Notes: generated from the letters alone by a model not told the origin. 63,586 nt of DNA from Thermomicrobiales bacterium (GCA_038246475.1 JBBRVX010000002.1:1-63586); one strand, 5' to 3'. Counted from the first letter of the stretch, positions 10,676 through 20,295 are shown. Program-made: numbers and translations.

Positions 10676-11674
10676 TTGGAGTATCGCGTGCGTGACGTCA
10701 GGCTGTTGCCGAAAGCCCATCTTCACTTGCATTTCGAAGGAAGCGCCCGGCCTTCAACTATCATCGAGCTGGCAGCTCGGGCCGGGGTCGATTATGAGCC
10801 GCCAACGGCGTTTGGCAGCTTTGCCGAGTTTGAGGCCGCGTATCTGGCGATGGTCGAATTCATCCGTACGCCGGACGACGTCGTCCGCATCTGCCATGAG
10901 ATTGTCGCGGACGAGGCGATGCAAGGCGTCGCGTACACCCAGCCCATGTTTGCCCCCGGCTTTTTCAGCGAGCGATTCGGCATGAGCGACGCCGAGGTCT
11001 TCGATGTGATGCGCAGCGCGCTCCTGGAAGCCGCGACCGCGCATGGGATCGGCATTGGCTTCCTGCTGGCGGGGATCTGGACGCTGCCGATCGCATCCAC
11101 GGAAGCGGCCGCCCACTTTGCGGCCGAGCGCGCCGATCGAAATGTCATTGCCTTTGGCCTCGCTGGCGTCGAGCCAGTTGGAGGGTACGGACGATGGGCG
11201 CGAGCGTGCGCCATTGCCCGCGAGGCAGGACTCCTCATCGTTCCACACACGGGTGAGCTGGGTGGCCCGCTGACGGTGGCCTCCGCCGTGGACTACCTCA
11301 GGCCGGATCGGATTGCGCACGGACTTCGCGCCAGCGAAGAGCCTGAACTGGTCGCACGCCTGGCTAATATGGCGATCGCGTGCGACATCTGCCCAACCTC
11401 GAATGTTAAGTTGGGTGTTTTCCCGTCAATGCCAGACGTGCCCTTGCCGCAATTTCTCGCTGCTGGCGTTCCAGTCACGCTCAATTCCGACGATCAGCTT
11501 TTCTTCGGCAGCATGATCTCGGATGAGTACGCCGCAATGCGCGATACATTCGGTCTGACGGACTCCGAACTCGCGGCCATTGCGCACACGAGCGCCGATG
11601 TCTCCGGCGCGCCGGCCGAGCTCACCTCGCGCATGCACCGGGACATTGATGCCTGGCTGGCAACCCCGGCGTGA
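10676..11674 (+). CDS. add: Adenosine deaminase family protein (start TTG 10676 or GTG 10688)
   Basis: LPKAHLHLHFEGS metal-binding motif near the N-terminus, HTGE, and VTLNSDDQLFFG near the C-terminus. Confidence 0.88.
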   Translation: MEYRVRDVRLLPKAHLHLHFEGSARPSTIIELAARAGVDYEPPTAFGSFAEFEAAYLAMVEFIRTPDDVVRICHEIVADEAMQGVAYTQPMFAPGFFSERFGMSDAEVFDVMRSALLEAATAHGIGIGFLLAGIWTLPIASTEAAAHFAAERADRNVIAFGLAGVEPVGGYGRWARACAIAREAGLLIVPHTGELGGPLTVASAVDYLRPDRIAHGLRASEEPELVARLANMAIACDICPTSNVKLGVFPSMPDVPLPQFLAAGVPVTLNSDDQLFFGSMISDEYAAMRDTFGLTDSELAAIAHTSADVSGAPAELTSRMHRDIDAWLATPA

Positions 11675-11683
11675 TGAACCGGC

Positions 11684-12739
11684 TCAGGCAGGAAGGGCCA
11701 CGGTCAGGATCAATTGGGCTGGCGCCCCGCTCTCCAAAGCGTAGATCGACCCCATCTCCTCGGGTTGCCCGGGCAGCACGAACGTGATTGTTCCGTCGCC
11801 TCCTACCGAGCCAGTGACATCGACGGCGGACATCCCGTCCGGCTCAACGCGCTCGAACCAGGCGGGAGCGCCGTGGACATTGAGCGCGTTCTCCGCGCCG
11901 GGAGCGCCATTCGCGGTCAGGCCATCAGGAGCGATGAAGTCATAAATAACGCCAACACTTCCGCCCGGAGAGCCGTGCGCGCCCGCGCCATAGAACGTCA
12001 ACCGCGCCGCGAGCACGGTGCCTTCGCCAACTCCGGAGACCTCAAAACTCATGAACGCGACGGCGCCCAGATCGCCACCGACCGCCAGCAGCTCAAGACT
12101 TTCCGAAGACTGCGGCGACCCGGGGGACGACGTGAAGACCGTGGTGTCGGAGACGGCGTCGAAGACCAACTCGGTCGTTCCGCCGATGCCGGCGGCCAGC
12201 GCCGGATTAATGTTCGGCGAGGTGACCTCGTAGCTCCCAGCCGGGACGCCCGGCACCGAAGGCGGAAGCATCACCTGACCCGGCGACCCTGCGCCGATGG
12301 TTTCGGCGGGCGCCCGCTCCGTCGTCTCACGCGGCACACCATTGACGGTGCCGTCCTGCCCCGCTGAACCCGCGGTGGCATCAGTGGCGTCTTGTTGGTA
12401 GAGCACTCCTGGCACGCGCTCTGTTGGCATCTGAATCTGAAAGTAAACCGGCGAGACGATCGATTCCGAAACCTCCCTCGCCGTGCCTCCAGGCGCGAAA
12501 GCGCCGGATTCCGTCCAGGCCGAATCGAGCATTGCGCCATCAACCAGCGCCGGCAAACCTGGCGCGGTCGGAGGAACAGCGATCAGTTCCTGCGCGTTCG
12601 CGGCGACGATGCCGCCCGCGCCCGGCGCCGCGATCGCCAGGAGGAGCGTGAGGGCGAGTCCGCACAGTCTCCGCCAGAGCTCGGCTGATCCCGATCGTGG
12701 AACAAATCTCTCTCGTCGGCGCCCAATGGCGTGTTGCAT
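11684..12739 (-). CDS. Secreted hypothetical protein (Pro/Gly/Ala-rich)
   Basis: Start at ATG 12739 gives MQHAIGRRRERFVPRSGSAELWRRLCGLALTLLLAIAAPGAGGIVAANAQE, a signal peptide. No confident domain assignment. Confidence 0.6.
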   Translation of the reverse strand: MQHAIGRRRERFVPRSGSAELWRRLCGLALTLLLAIAAPGAGGIVAANAQELIAVPPTAPGLPALVDGAMLDSAWTESGAFAPGGTAREVSESIVSPVYFQIQMPTERVPGVLYQQDATDATAGSAGQDGTVNGVPRETTERAPAETIGAGSPGQVMLPPSVPGVPAGSYEVTSPNINPALAAGIGGTTELVFDAVSDTTVFTSSPGSPQSSESLELLAVGGDLGAVAFMSFEVSGVGEGTVLAARLTFYGAGAHGSPGGSVGVIYDFIAPDGLTANGAPGAENALNVHGAPAWFERVEPDGMSAVDVTGSVGGDGTITFVLPGQPEEMGSIYALESGAPAQLILTVALPA

Positions 12740-13001
12740 ACCCCAACCCTTGCTAACGGCTTTGCCCCTACCATGAAGCACAGCAGCAATACCGGGAACG
12801 TGCCTGCCCGTTGTCTCGTTCCGTTTCACCATAACGGTAGACTCATGACGCCGCCCGCGCAACGGCCAGCGAGTCAACGCCTGGCGTGTGACACGAGAAC
12901 TGAATGGTAATGTAGGCTCAGATTGCCTCAGTCGGTAGCCAGGTGCGTCGACTTCGGACGCGGTATGGGTAAGACTCGGCAATCGCGCTCCGACGCGAAT
13001 C

Positions 13002-13664
13002 ATGAGGCGTTGTATGGAACTTTTGGCGGCAACCTGGCTCTACATCGTCGAGAATGCGGACCGCGTGCGGGAGGCGGTCCTGGTGCACCTTGGCCTTAGT
13101 GTCGGCGCGCTCTGCATTGCCATGGCCATCTTCATTCCCATCGGAGTGCTCGCGTCGATGGGTGGGCGACTCACCTCGGCGATCATCGGCGCGGTCGCCG
13201 CTATCCGCGTCATCCCCAGTTTGGCGGTGATCCTCCTCCTCTTGCCAGTCTTTGGACTCGGCTGGAAACCTGCCTTGGTCGCGCTCACCATTCTCGCTGG
13301 CCCGCCACTGGTGATCAATACCGACATCGGGTTGCGCGGCGTCGATCCCGCCACCCTAGAAGCGGCCACTGGTCTCGGCTTGACCGGCTCGCAGCGTTTC
13401 TGGCGGGTCAAGGCGCCTTTGGCGCTGCCGGTGATTGTCGCCGGGGTACGCTCGGCGGCGGTGGAAGTGATCGGCAGCGCGACGCTCGCTGCCTTCGTCG
13501 GGGCGGGTGGCCTCGGGGACTTCATCACCTCCGGCATCACCCTGATGGATGAGCGGATGCTCTTCACCGGCGCCATTCTGGTGACCCTGTTGGCGCTCTC
13601 CGCCGAGGCGATGCTGGCTCGCCTGGAACGCGCGATTACCCCGGCTGGAACATCTCCTGCATAA
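13002..13664 (+). CDS. Osmoprotectant (glycine betaine/choline-type) ABC transporter permease
   Basis: 220-aa BPD_transp_1 permease. Paralog of 15924..16568 (shared GLRGVDPATLEAATGLG / GLRGVDPATMEAATGIG). Confidence 0.88.
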   Translation: MRRCMELLAATWLYIVENADRVREAVLVHLGLSVGALCIAMAIFIPIGVLASMGGRLTSAIIGAVAAIRVIPSLAVILLLLPVFGLGWKPALVALTILAGPPLVINTDIGLRGVDPATLEAATGLGLTGSQRFWRVKAPLALPVIVAGVRSAAVEVIGSATLAAFVGAGGLGDFITSGITLMDERMLFTGAILVTLLALSAEAMLARLERAITPAGTSPA

Positions 13665-13776
13665 CCCCCGGTGGGAACCCACGCGTCGCTGTTGCTTGAG
13701 TTCCAACGAACGTCTGTTCGTAGTCTAGAATGATGCGCGCATCATAGTCACATTGGCGTGGTGCGGTATCCAGTAG

Positions 13777-14790
13777 ATGAAAAGAGGAAGCACAATGACG
13801 ATCACCCGACGAACGCTCGCAAAAGGCCTCGCTGCCACCCCGATAGCCGCGGCGGCGCTCCTGCACGCGCGCGATGGTTCTTGGACATCGGCCATGGCGC
13901 AGGACGAGCCGGTAAGAATCGGTTCCAAGGACTTCACCGAGCAATTGATCCTCGGCGAGATGTACGCGTTGCTGCTGGAAAACGCGGGCATCGCCACGGA
14001 AAAGACGTTGAACCTCGGGGGCACCCAGGTCGCCCAGGAAGCGCTCTTGGCCGGGGAAATCGATCTCTATCCTGAATACACCGGCACTGGCTTGACCGTG
14101 GTGTTGGGGATGGCCATCGATGCCGTCACATCGGCCACGCCGGTCGGCGGCATGCCCGACGCTTCCGCCACCCCGGGCGCGGAGGCCGGCTCCATCGATC
14201 AGCGTGTCTATGACATCGTCTCGGACGGCTACCTGGAACAGTTCGACCTCGTCTGGCTCGACGAGTCGGCGTTCAACAATACGCAGGCGCTGGCAGTCAA
14301 ACGAGCCTTTGCTGAAGAGCAGGGCATCACCACGATCAGCGAGCTTGCCGCGGTCGCCGGCGATCTGACCATCGTGGCGCCATCCGACTTTGTCGAGCGG
14401 CCGGACGGCCTGCAAGGGCTGCTGGACTTCTACGGCATGGCGTTCGGCAACGTGCTTAGCGTAGCGCCCGGCATCCGCTATCAGGCGCTCGAAGAAGACC
14501 AGGCGCAGGTCGTCCTTGCCTTTGGCACGGATGGCCAGGTGGCGGGCTTTGATCTCGTCCTGCTCGAGGACGACAAGGGCCTTTGGCCGCCATACCACGT
14601 CGCCCCAGTCGTGCGCAACGACACCCTGACGGCCAATCCGGGAATCGCGGACGCCCTTAACGTGGTGGCGCCGCTCCTCACGGATCAGGTGATGTCCGGG
14701 CTGAACTGGCAGGTCGACGGGCCGGACAAGCTTGAACCAGATGAAGTCGCTCGCACCTTCCTGGAAGAGCAGGGTTTGCTCACCAGCTAG
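13777..14790 (+). CDS. Osmoprotectant ABC transporter substrate-binding protein (OpuBC/OpuCC-like), Tat-type signal
   Basis: MTITRRTLAKGLAATPIAAAALL signal, then IGSKDFTEQLILGEMYALLLENAG and LYPEYTG motifs typical of OpuAC-family binders. Confidence 0.88.
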   Translation: MKRGSTMTITRRTLAKGLAATPIAAAALLHARDGSWTSAMAQDEPVRIGSKDFTEQLILGEMYALLLENAGIATEKTLNLGGTQVAQEALLAGEIDLYPEYTGTGLTVVLGMAIDAVTSATPVGGMPDASATPGAEAGSIDQRVYDIVSDGYLEQFDLVWLDESAFNNTQALAVKRAFAEEQGITTISELAAVAGDLTIVAPSDFVERPDGLQGLLDFYGMAFGNVLSVAPGIRYQALEEDQAQVVLAFGTDGQVAGFDLVLLEDDKGLWPPYHVAPVVRNDTLTANPGIADALNVVAPLLTDQVMSGLNWQVDGPDKLEPDEVARTFLEEQGLLTS

Positions 14791-14805
14791 GACAGGGGTG
14801 ACAGT

Positions 14806-14849
14806 GGGTGATAGGGTGATAGGGTCATCGCCCTATCACCCTATCACCC
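14806..14849. repeat. Perfect 19-bp inverted repeat built from GGGTGATAG units (hairpin or REP-like element)
   Basis: GGGTGATAGGGTGATAGGG-tcatcg-CCCTATCACCCTATCACCC, located between the binding-protein stop (14790) and the ATPase start (14899). Confidence 0.85.
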
Positions 14850-14898
14850 CATCACCCTACAACCCTACGACCCACCGTCACCTGGAGGCGATGGCCCG

Positions 14899-15927
14899 AT
14901 GGCGAACCAGCGAGCGGCGCTCTCCTCGGACTCTAATACGGCAACCGAGATTCGCATCGACCGGGTCATCAAACGCTTCGACAATGAGGCGGATGCGCGG
15001 CCAGCAGTCAATGATGTAAGCCTGACGATTGAGCCGGGAGAACTCGTCGTTCTGATCGGCCCTTCCGGCTGTGGCAAGACCACCCTGCTCAAACTCATCA
15101 ACCGGCTCTACGATCCCAGCAGCGGCACGATCTTCATCGATGGCACACCCTCGCAATCACTGCCTGGCCCAGAGCTGCGCCGCCATATGGGCTACGTCAT
15201 CCAGCAGGGCGGCCTCTTTCCACACTACACCGTCGCCGAGAATGTCGCGGTTGTGCCGGGCCTTCTGAAGTGGGACAAAGCACGAACGGCGGCTCGGGTC
15301 GATGAACTGCTGGAGCTGGTAGGCCTGCCGCCCGGAGAGTACCGCGAGCGATACCCGGCACAGCTTTCCGGCGGCCAACAGCAACGCGTCGGCATCGCCA
15401 GGGCCATCGCCGTCTCACCCGGCACCCTGCTCATGGATGAGCCGTTCGGCGCGCTCGACGCCATCACCCGCGGGCGGCTGCAAGTCGAGCTCTGCGACTT
15501 GCACGACCGTCTCGGCCAGACGATCGTGTTCGTGACCCACGACATTGATGAGGCCGCGTCGCTGGCCGACCGCATCGCCGTGATGCGCGAAGGACGGGTG
15601 CTGCAATATGACACGCCGCTGAACATCATCATGCGCCCGGCGGACGAATTCGTGGCCAACCTCGTCGGCGCCGACGACAACATGCGGCGATTGAGTCTGG
15701 TCAGCGCTGCCGCGGTGATGAGCCCGCTGGAAATTGGCGAGCCCATCGCACCGGATGAGCCCATCATCGACCTCCCGGTCCGCGTTCTTCCCGTGCTGAA
15801 TCAGCTTCTGGAAAGCGGCGCTCCGCGGGTTATCCTTCGCGACGCGGGAGCGCCGGTTGGGTATCTCGATCTCGCTGCGATCCAGGTAGCGAGTGTGCCC
15901 CGCATCCAGACGCAGAGCACGTCGTGA
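14899..15927 (+). CDS. Osmoprotectant ABC transporter ATP-binding protein
   Basis: Walker A GPSGCGKTT, signature LSGGQQQRV, Walker B LLMDEPFGALD, and a C-terminal regulatory extension. Confidence 0.9.
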   Translation: MANQRAALSSDSNTATEIRIDRVIKRFDNEADARPAVNDVSLTIEPGELVVLIGPSGCGKTTLLKLINRLYDPSSGTIFIDGTPSQSLPGPELRRHMGYVIQQGGLFPHYTVAENVAVVPGLLKWDKARTAARVDELLELVGLPPGEYRERYPAQLSGGQQQRVGIARAIAVSPGTLLMDEPFGALDAITRGRLQVELCDLHDRLGQTIVFVTHDIDEAASLADRIAVMREGRVLQYDTPLNIIMRPADEFVANLVGADDNMRRLSLVSAAAVMSPLEIGEPIAPDEPIIDLPVRVLPVLNQLLESGAPRVILRDAGAPVGYLDLAAIQVASVPRIQTQSTS

Positions 15928-16568
15928 GCCTGGACTATCTCTTTCGGCGCTGGGATCGAGTCTGGGAGCTGACCGTCCAGCACTTGACCCTCACCGCGTC
16001 CGCCGTGCTGATTGCCCTACTCCTGGCGGTGCCACTGGGCGTCATAGCCGCCCGCAACCCGAGGATTTCGACCCCCCTCCTTGGTGTGTTGGGCGCAATC
16101 TATACCATTCCCAGCCTGGCGTTTCTGGCTCTGCTCATCCCGAGTCTTGGCATCGGCCGCAGGCCCGCAATCGTCGTGCTCGCGGCCTACGCCCAGATCT
16201 TCCTGGTGCGCAACATCGCCATCGGGTTGCGCGGAGTCGACCCGGCTACGATGGAAGCAGCCACGGGTATTGGCATGACGCGCTGGCAGCAGTTCATCAA
16301 GGTCCGCTGGCCGCTGGCGTTGCCAGTGATGATCGCCGGGCTGCGCACGGCGACGGTCACCACCATCAGCCTGGCCACGATCGCGGCCTACTTCGGCGCC
16401 GGTGGATTGGGGACCCTCCTGTTTGAAGGGATCACCCGCGACGATCCCAACCGCATTCTGGCGGGTGCTGTTGCCATCACCGCCCTGGCGATCATCGCCG
16501 ATGCTTTGCTGCGCCTGGCCGAGTCAATGACCGCGATCGCGCGTGCGCGCCGCGCGGCGCGTGGATAG
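15924..16568 (+). CDS. Osmoprotectant ABC transporter permease (second)
   Basis: 214-aa permease with a 4-nt overlap with the ATPase gene. Paralogous to 13002..13664. Confidence 0.88.
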   Translation: MSLDYLFRRWDRVWELTVQHLTLTASAVLIALLLAVPLGVIAARNPRISTPLLGVLGAIYTIPSLAFLALLIPSLGIGRRPAIVVLAAYAQIFLVRNIAIGLRGVDPATMEAATGIGMTRWQQFIKVRWPLALPVMIAGLRTATVTTISLATIAAYFGAGGLGTLLFEGITRDDPNRILAGAVAITALAIIADALLRLAESMTAIARARRAARG

Positions 16569-16798
16569 GTGCGACCATCATGGGCGATGAGCGTCGCTCC
16601 GCCAACCAGGTGATGCACACGGTGCGCGGCATGGATCCGTGTGGCAATCATCCAAAGTGCGTTGCAGCATCAGATCGAGACGCCGAAAGCGCGCGCGACC
16701 GCCCCGCCTTCAACGGCCAGGACCGCTTTTCCACCTGGATCGAACGCGCGGCCGCTTGACCAACGTCAAACTTGGCGACGGCATTGGTCGCGCGGCAG

Positions 16799-18253
16799 TT
16801 ACGTTCCCAATCGCCGCACATGAAGCATGTTGGTTCGTCCGGATTGGTGGGTCATGGGCAGTGATCCCGCGATCAAGGCGAACTCCCCGTCCGTGGCCAT
16901 GCCCTCTTCGATAATGATCTTCCCCGCCACTCGAAAGAGCACGTCTGGGTTCTCTTCGATTGGCACCGCCGCGCCGCGCACACCCCAGATGAGATTCAAT
17001 CGTCGCGCCGTCTCGATGTCGGTCGCCATGCCGATGATCGCGGGCTTCGGGCGGTACTTCGCCACTCGCCGCACCGACGCGCCAGTCTGGGTGAAGACGA
17101 CGATGTGACCGACCGGCGCCTCGTCGGCCAATTCGCGCGCGGCGCGCGCGATGGCGTCCGCGATCTCCAGGGTTGGCTCCGTGAGGTCGGGCAAGGGCAT
17201 ATTGGCCGCCTCGGTGCGAATCGGGCCATCTTTCTCGGCCTCGCGAATGATGCGTCCCATGGTCTGCACGGCCTCGACCGGATACTGGCCGATGGCGGTC
17301 TCCGCCGAGAGCATCACCGCGTCGGTGCCATCCCAGACGGCGTTCGCCACGTCGCTCGTTTCAGCTCGCGTGGCCACCGGCTGGCTGATCATCGACTCCA
17401 GCATCTGCGTGGCGGTGATGACCGGAATGGCATATTCATTCGCCACCCGGATGATCTCCTTCTGTGCTCGCGGCACGCGCTCCGGCGGCATCTGCACCCC
17501 GAGGTCGCCGCGCGCCACCATCAGGCCGTCGGCCGTGGCCGCGATGCCCCGCACGTTCGCCAGCGCCTGCGGCCGCTCGATCTTGGCGATCAGTTGCGGC
17601 GGGTTTTTGCTGTACCAGCTCGCCACCTCGCGGGCGAAACGCAGGTCGGCGGCGTCGGTGACGAACGAGAGGCCAATGAAATCAACCCCGTGCTGGACGC
17701 CCCATTGCAGATCTTCGCGGTCGACCTCAGTGAGCGAGCCGCCCCGGATCATGGCCTCCGGCAGGGTCACTCCCTGCTTCCCCAACAACGGCCCACCTCG
17801 CCCCACGTGGCAGATGGCAACCTTACCTTCGATCTTTTCGACCAGCAGCTCGATCAGGCCATCGGAGATCAGAATGCGGCTGCCAGGCTGAATCAGCTCG
17901 AACAGGGGCGGATAGTCGATGCCGATCCGCTCCGGCGTGGTCGGCACGGGCGTATTGACGATCTCGACCTTGCTGCCGCGGGCAAACCCGATTTTCTCTT
18001 CACCTGACAGCGGCCCGGTGCGAATCTTCAGACCGCGCAGATCAAATAGAATCGGCACCAGCTTGCCAACATCGTCGGCGACGCTTCGCACGTCTTCGAT
18101 CAGGCGCGCCCGCTCGTCGGGCGAACCGTGAGCGGCGTTGATGCGGACGACATCGAGCCCGGCTTCAAACATCTCGCGTAGTGTTTCGCGTTCCCGGGAT
18201 GCCGGACCCAACGTCGCGACAATCTTGACCCGGCGCTCGTCATAGACGCCCAA
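16799..18253 (-). CDS. pyk: Pyruvate kinase
   Basis: KIVATLGPAS, RINAAHG, MVARGDLGV and SAETA motifs across 484 aa. Confidence 0.93.
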   Translation of the reverse strand: MGVYDERRVKIVATLGPASRERETLREMFEAGLDVVRINAAHGSPDERARLIEDVRSVADDVGKLVPILFDLRGLKIRTGPLSGEEKIGFARGSKVEIVNTPVPTTPERIGIDYPPLFELIQPGSRILISDGLIELLVEKIEGKVAICHVGRGGPLLGKQGVTLPEAMIRGGSLTEVDREDLQWGVQHGVDFIGLSFVTDAADLRFAREVASWYSKNPPQLIAKIERPQALANVRGIAATADGLMVARGDLGVQMPPERVPRAQKEIIRVANEYAIPVITATQMLESMISQPVATRAETSDVANAVWDGTDAVMLSAETAIGQYPVEAVQTMGRIIREAEKDGPIRTEAANMPLPDLTEPTLEIADAIARAARELADEAPVGHIVVFTQTGASVRRVAKYRPKPAIIGMATDIETARRLNLIWGVRGAAVPIEENPDVLFRVAGKIIIEEGMATDGEFALIAGSLPMTHQSGRTNMLHVRRLGT

Positions 18254-18364
18254 GGTGCTGCACCTCCACGCTGCGCAAAGTGATAGTCCGCGGGGATGGT
18301 AACAGGGCTGGCACGAGTGGTCTTGCGGCGGTGCTCGGAGCGCGGCGAAGATCGGCGGCCTCGG

Positions 18365-19072
18365 CTACTCCGCGCGCGCCGGGCCGGCCGGTTCTGGCGG
18401 CACCTGCACCAGATAGGCGCAGACATGACCGCCATTGATCCGATGGGCGATGCGCGTTACCGCGGCCTCAGGGAGCGCTGCCTGCAAGAAGTCGAGCTCA
18501 CTCGAGCAGGCATGCCGGTAGCGCAGCGCCACGCCCAGGACGGCGCAGTTATGCTCGGTGATGACAAACGACCCGTCATCGCGCGTTGCGAAGTCGGCCA
18601 GATAGCCATCCTCGTCGAGGATTGCGGCGACAACACTCACGCGTTCCGGAAACGATCTGCCGAGCATGCGCTCGCGGGCGCGTTGCAGACGACGCTGGGC
18701 GCGACGTTCGAAGATGCGCTCCAGAAGAGCAGGATCTTCGTCCTCGACGTATTCGAGCAGCTCATTGGTTAGCTCCGCGTAGGCGCGAGGAAAGAGGGCG
18801 TCTCCCGCCGCGGTCAGGACGAAGACGTGCCGGGGTCGCCCGGGGCCGCCGCGCGCCGAACGATGCTCCAGCAGCCCATCCCGCTCCAGGGCCATCAGAT
18901 GCTGGCGCGCGCCGCTCAGCGTCACGCCCAGACCGGCGGCGATCTCCTCGGCGGTCGACTCGCCGCTCCGCTTGACCAGCTCCAGGATGCGCCGACGACT
19001 TTCCGGCAAACTCGATAGCGCCTCGCTGATGGTCATCGCCGGCGGCATGCCTCCACAACGTTGCTTCTGCAT
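18365..19072 (-). CDS. Winged-helix transcriptional regulator, SufR-like (ArsR-type HTH plus C-terminal Cys triad)
   Basis: N-terminal HTH (RRRILELVKRSGESTAEEIAAGLGVTLSGARQHL). C-terminal ITEHNCAVLGVALRYRHACSSELDF...GGHVCAYLV resembles the SufR Fe-S-ligand pattern. Start uncertain. Confidence 0.65.
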   Translation of the reverse strand: MQKQRCGGMPPAMTISEALSSLPESRRRILELVKRSGESTAEEIAAGLGVTLSGARQHLMALERDGLLEHRSARGGPGRPRHVFVLTAAGDALFPRAYAELTNELLEYVEDEDPALLERIFERRAQRRLQRARERMLGRSFPERVSVVAAILDEDGYLADFATRDDGSFVITEHNCAVLGVALRYRHACSSELDFLQAALPEAAVTRIAHRINGGHVCAYLVQVPPEPAGPARAE

Positions 19073-19308
19073 AGAGCGCGAGTATAGCGCCCCCAGCCTA
19101 CCTAGATATAATAAAAACAGAACTATATTGCTTTATTGCATCCGTGGATGTATTGTGGGTCTCCTGAAAACCCCCGGTAGCCGCGCGGTCTCGGCTGGCA
19201 GTCTAGACCGTCCCCGCGGCGGGCGAGAGGAGCGAAATCTTGGGGCACGCCGCCCTAGCCGAGTAACGACGCGAGTGAATCAAAATCATCCGTTTTGGAG
19301 AACCGCAC

Positions 19309-19767
19309 ATGAGCACGCAATCGACGATCCGAACCGCCAGCGAGCGGCGCGCTGAGAGCCTTGAGGAATTGCAGCGGGGCCGCCATGTTTGGGTCGCCTC
19401 CGGGAATGAGAATGGAACCGCCCACCTGATCGCACTCTCGTACTTTTGGGACGGCGAGCGATTGAACGTCGCAACTCGGGTGGGAAGCAAGACGGCACGT
19501 AACCTTGAGCGAACGAAATGGGCGCGCATGTCGCTTCCCTCGACAGAGAACTCCGTCGTGCTGGAAGGTCCGGTCGAGCGAATTGCGCTAGACGCCGACG
19601 CTGGACTAATGGCCGCGCACAAGGCAGCGGCCGGCTTTGATGTGCGGGAGCTTCCCGAACCGTACGTGTTCTTCCGGTTGACGCCAGTCCAGGTCTTAGC
19701 CATGCGAAGTCCAGATGAAGAACCCGACCGCGTCATTATGCGAAACGGCCGTTGGCTTGATGACTGA
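19309..19767 (+). CDS. Pyridoxamine-5'-phosphate-oxidase-like (PPOX-class, possibly F420-dependent) protein
   Basis: 152-aa small split-barrel-type sequence (HVWVASGNENGTAHLIALSYFWDG...SKTARNL). Function unproven. Confidence 0.7.
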   Translation: MSTQSTIRTASERRAESLEELQRGRHVWVASGNENGTAHLIALSYFWDGERLNVATRVGSKTARNLERTKWARMSLPSTENSVVLEGPVERIALDADAGLMAAHKAAAGFDVRELPEPYVFFRLTPVQVLAMRSPDEEPDRVIMRNGRWLDD

Positions 19768-19827
19768 AGAACCAATGCGACGTGACAAGTAGTCGTGCAT
19801 TGGCAAAAACCTCCCGGGGTGGGCGCG

Positions 19828-20274
19828 ATGACATTACGAACGGCTAGCCAGCGGCGCCGCGACGCACTCGATGCGCTACGACGCGGTGACGACGTTTGGG
19901 TGGCGTCGCCGAACGGGGACAGGACAGCACACCTGATCGCGCTCTCTTATCTCTGGCACGGAACACGGCTGACGATGGCCACGCCGCTGGCGAGCAAGAC
20001 GGCCCGAAACCTGATGCGGGCGGGCTGGGCCAGGGTGGCGTTGGCCTCGACACGCGACGTAGTGATCGTGGAAGGGGCGATCACGACTACGGCTATCGAC
20101 GCGAATGGGACGCTGCGCCGCGCCCACGCGGAAGCCACGGGGTTCGATGCCGGCGCCGAGCCGGAGGAGTACGCCTTCCTGCAGTTGGCCGTATCGCGGA
20201 TGGAAGCGTGGCGCGATGTCGAGGAGCTGAAGGGGCGAGCGATCATGCGACATGGGCGCTGGGTCGATGATTGA
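19828..20274 (+). CDS. PPOX-like protein, tandem paralog of 19309..19767
   Basis: Co-linear similarity to the previous gene (DVWVASPNGDRTAHLIALSYLWHG...SKTARNL...MRHGRWVDD versus MRNGRWLDD). Confidence 0.7.
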   Translation: MTLRTASQRRRDALDALRRGDDVWVASPNGDRTAHLIALSYLWHGTRLTMATPLASKTARNLMRAGWARVALASTRDVVIVEGAITTTAIDANGTLRRAHAEATGFDAGAEPEEYAFLQLAVSRMEAWRDVEELKGRAIMRHGRWVDD

Positions 20275-20295
20275 CCCCTGTCCGCGGGAGCGGCT

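Noticed and set aside
10553-10732. Extended 5' end of the MFS gene overlapping the add start
   Set aside because: It would create a 57-nt head-to-head coding overlap with adenosine deaminase. The internal Met at 10552 gives a normal MFS N-terminus.
13636-14598. 320-aa minus-strand ORF
   Set aside because: Antisense to the Opu substrate-binding-protein gene, which has a Tat signal and family motifs.
17105-18007. 300-aa plus-strand ORF (and 17151..17891)
   Set aside because: Antisense to pyruvate kinase.
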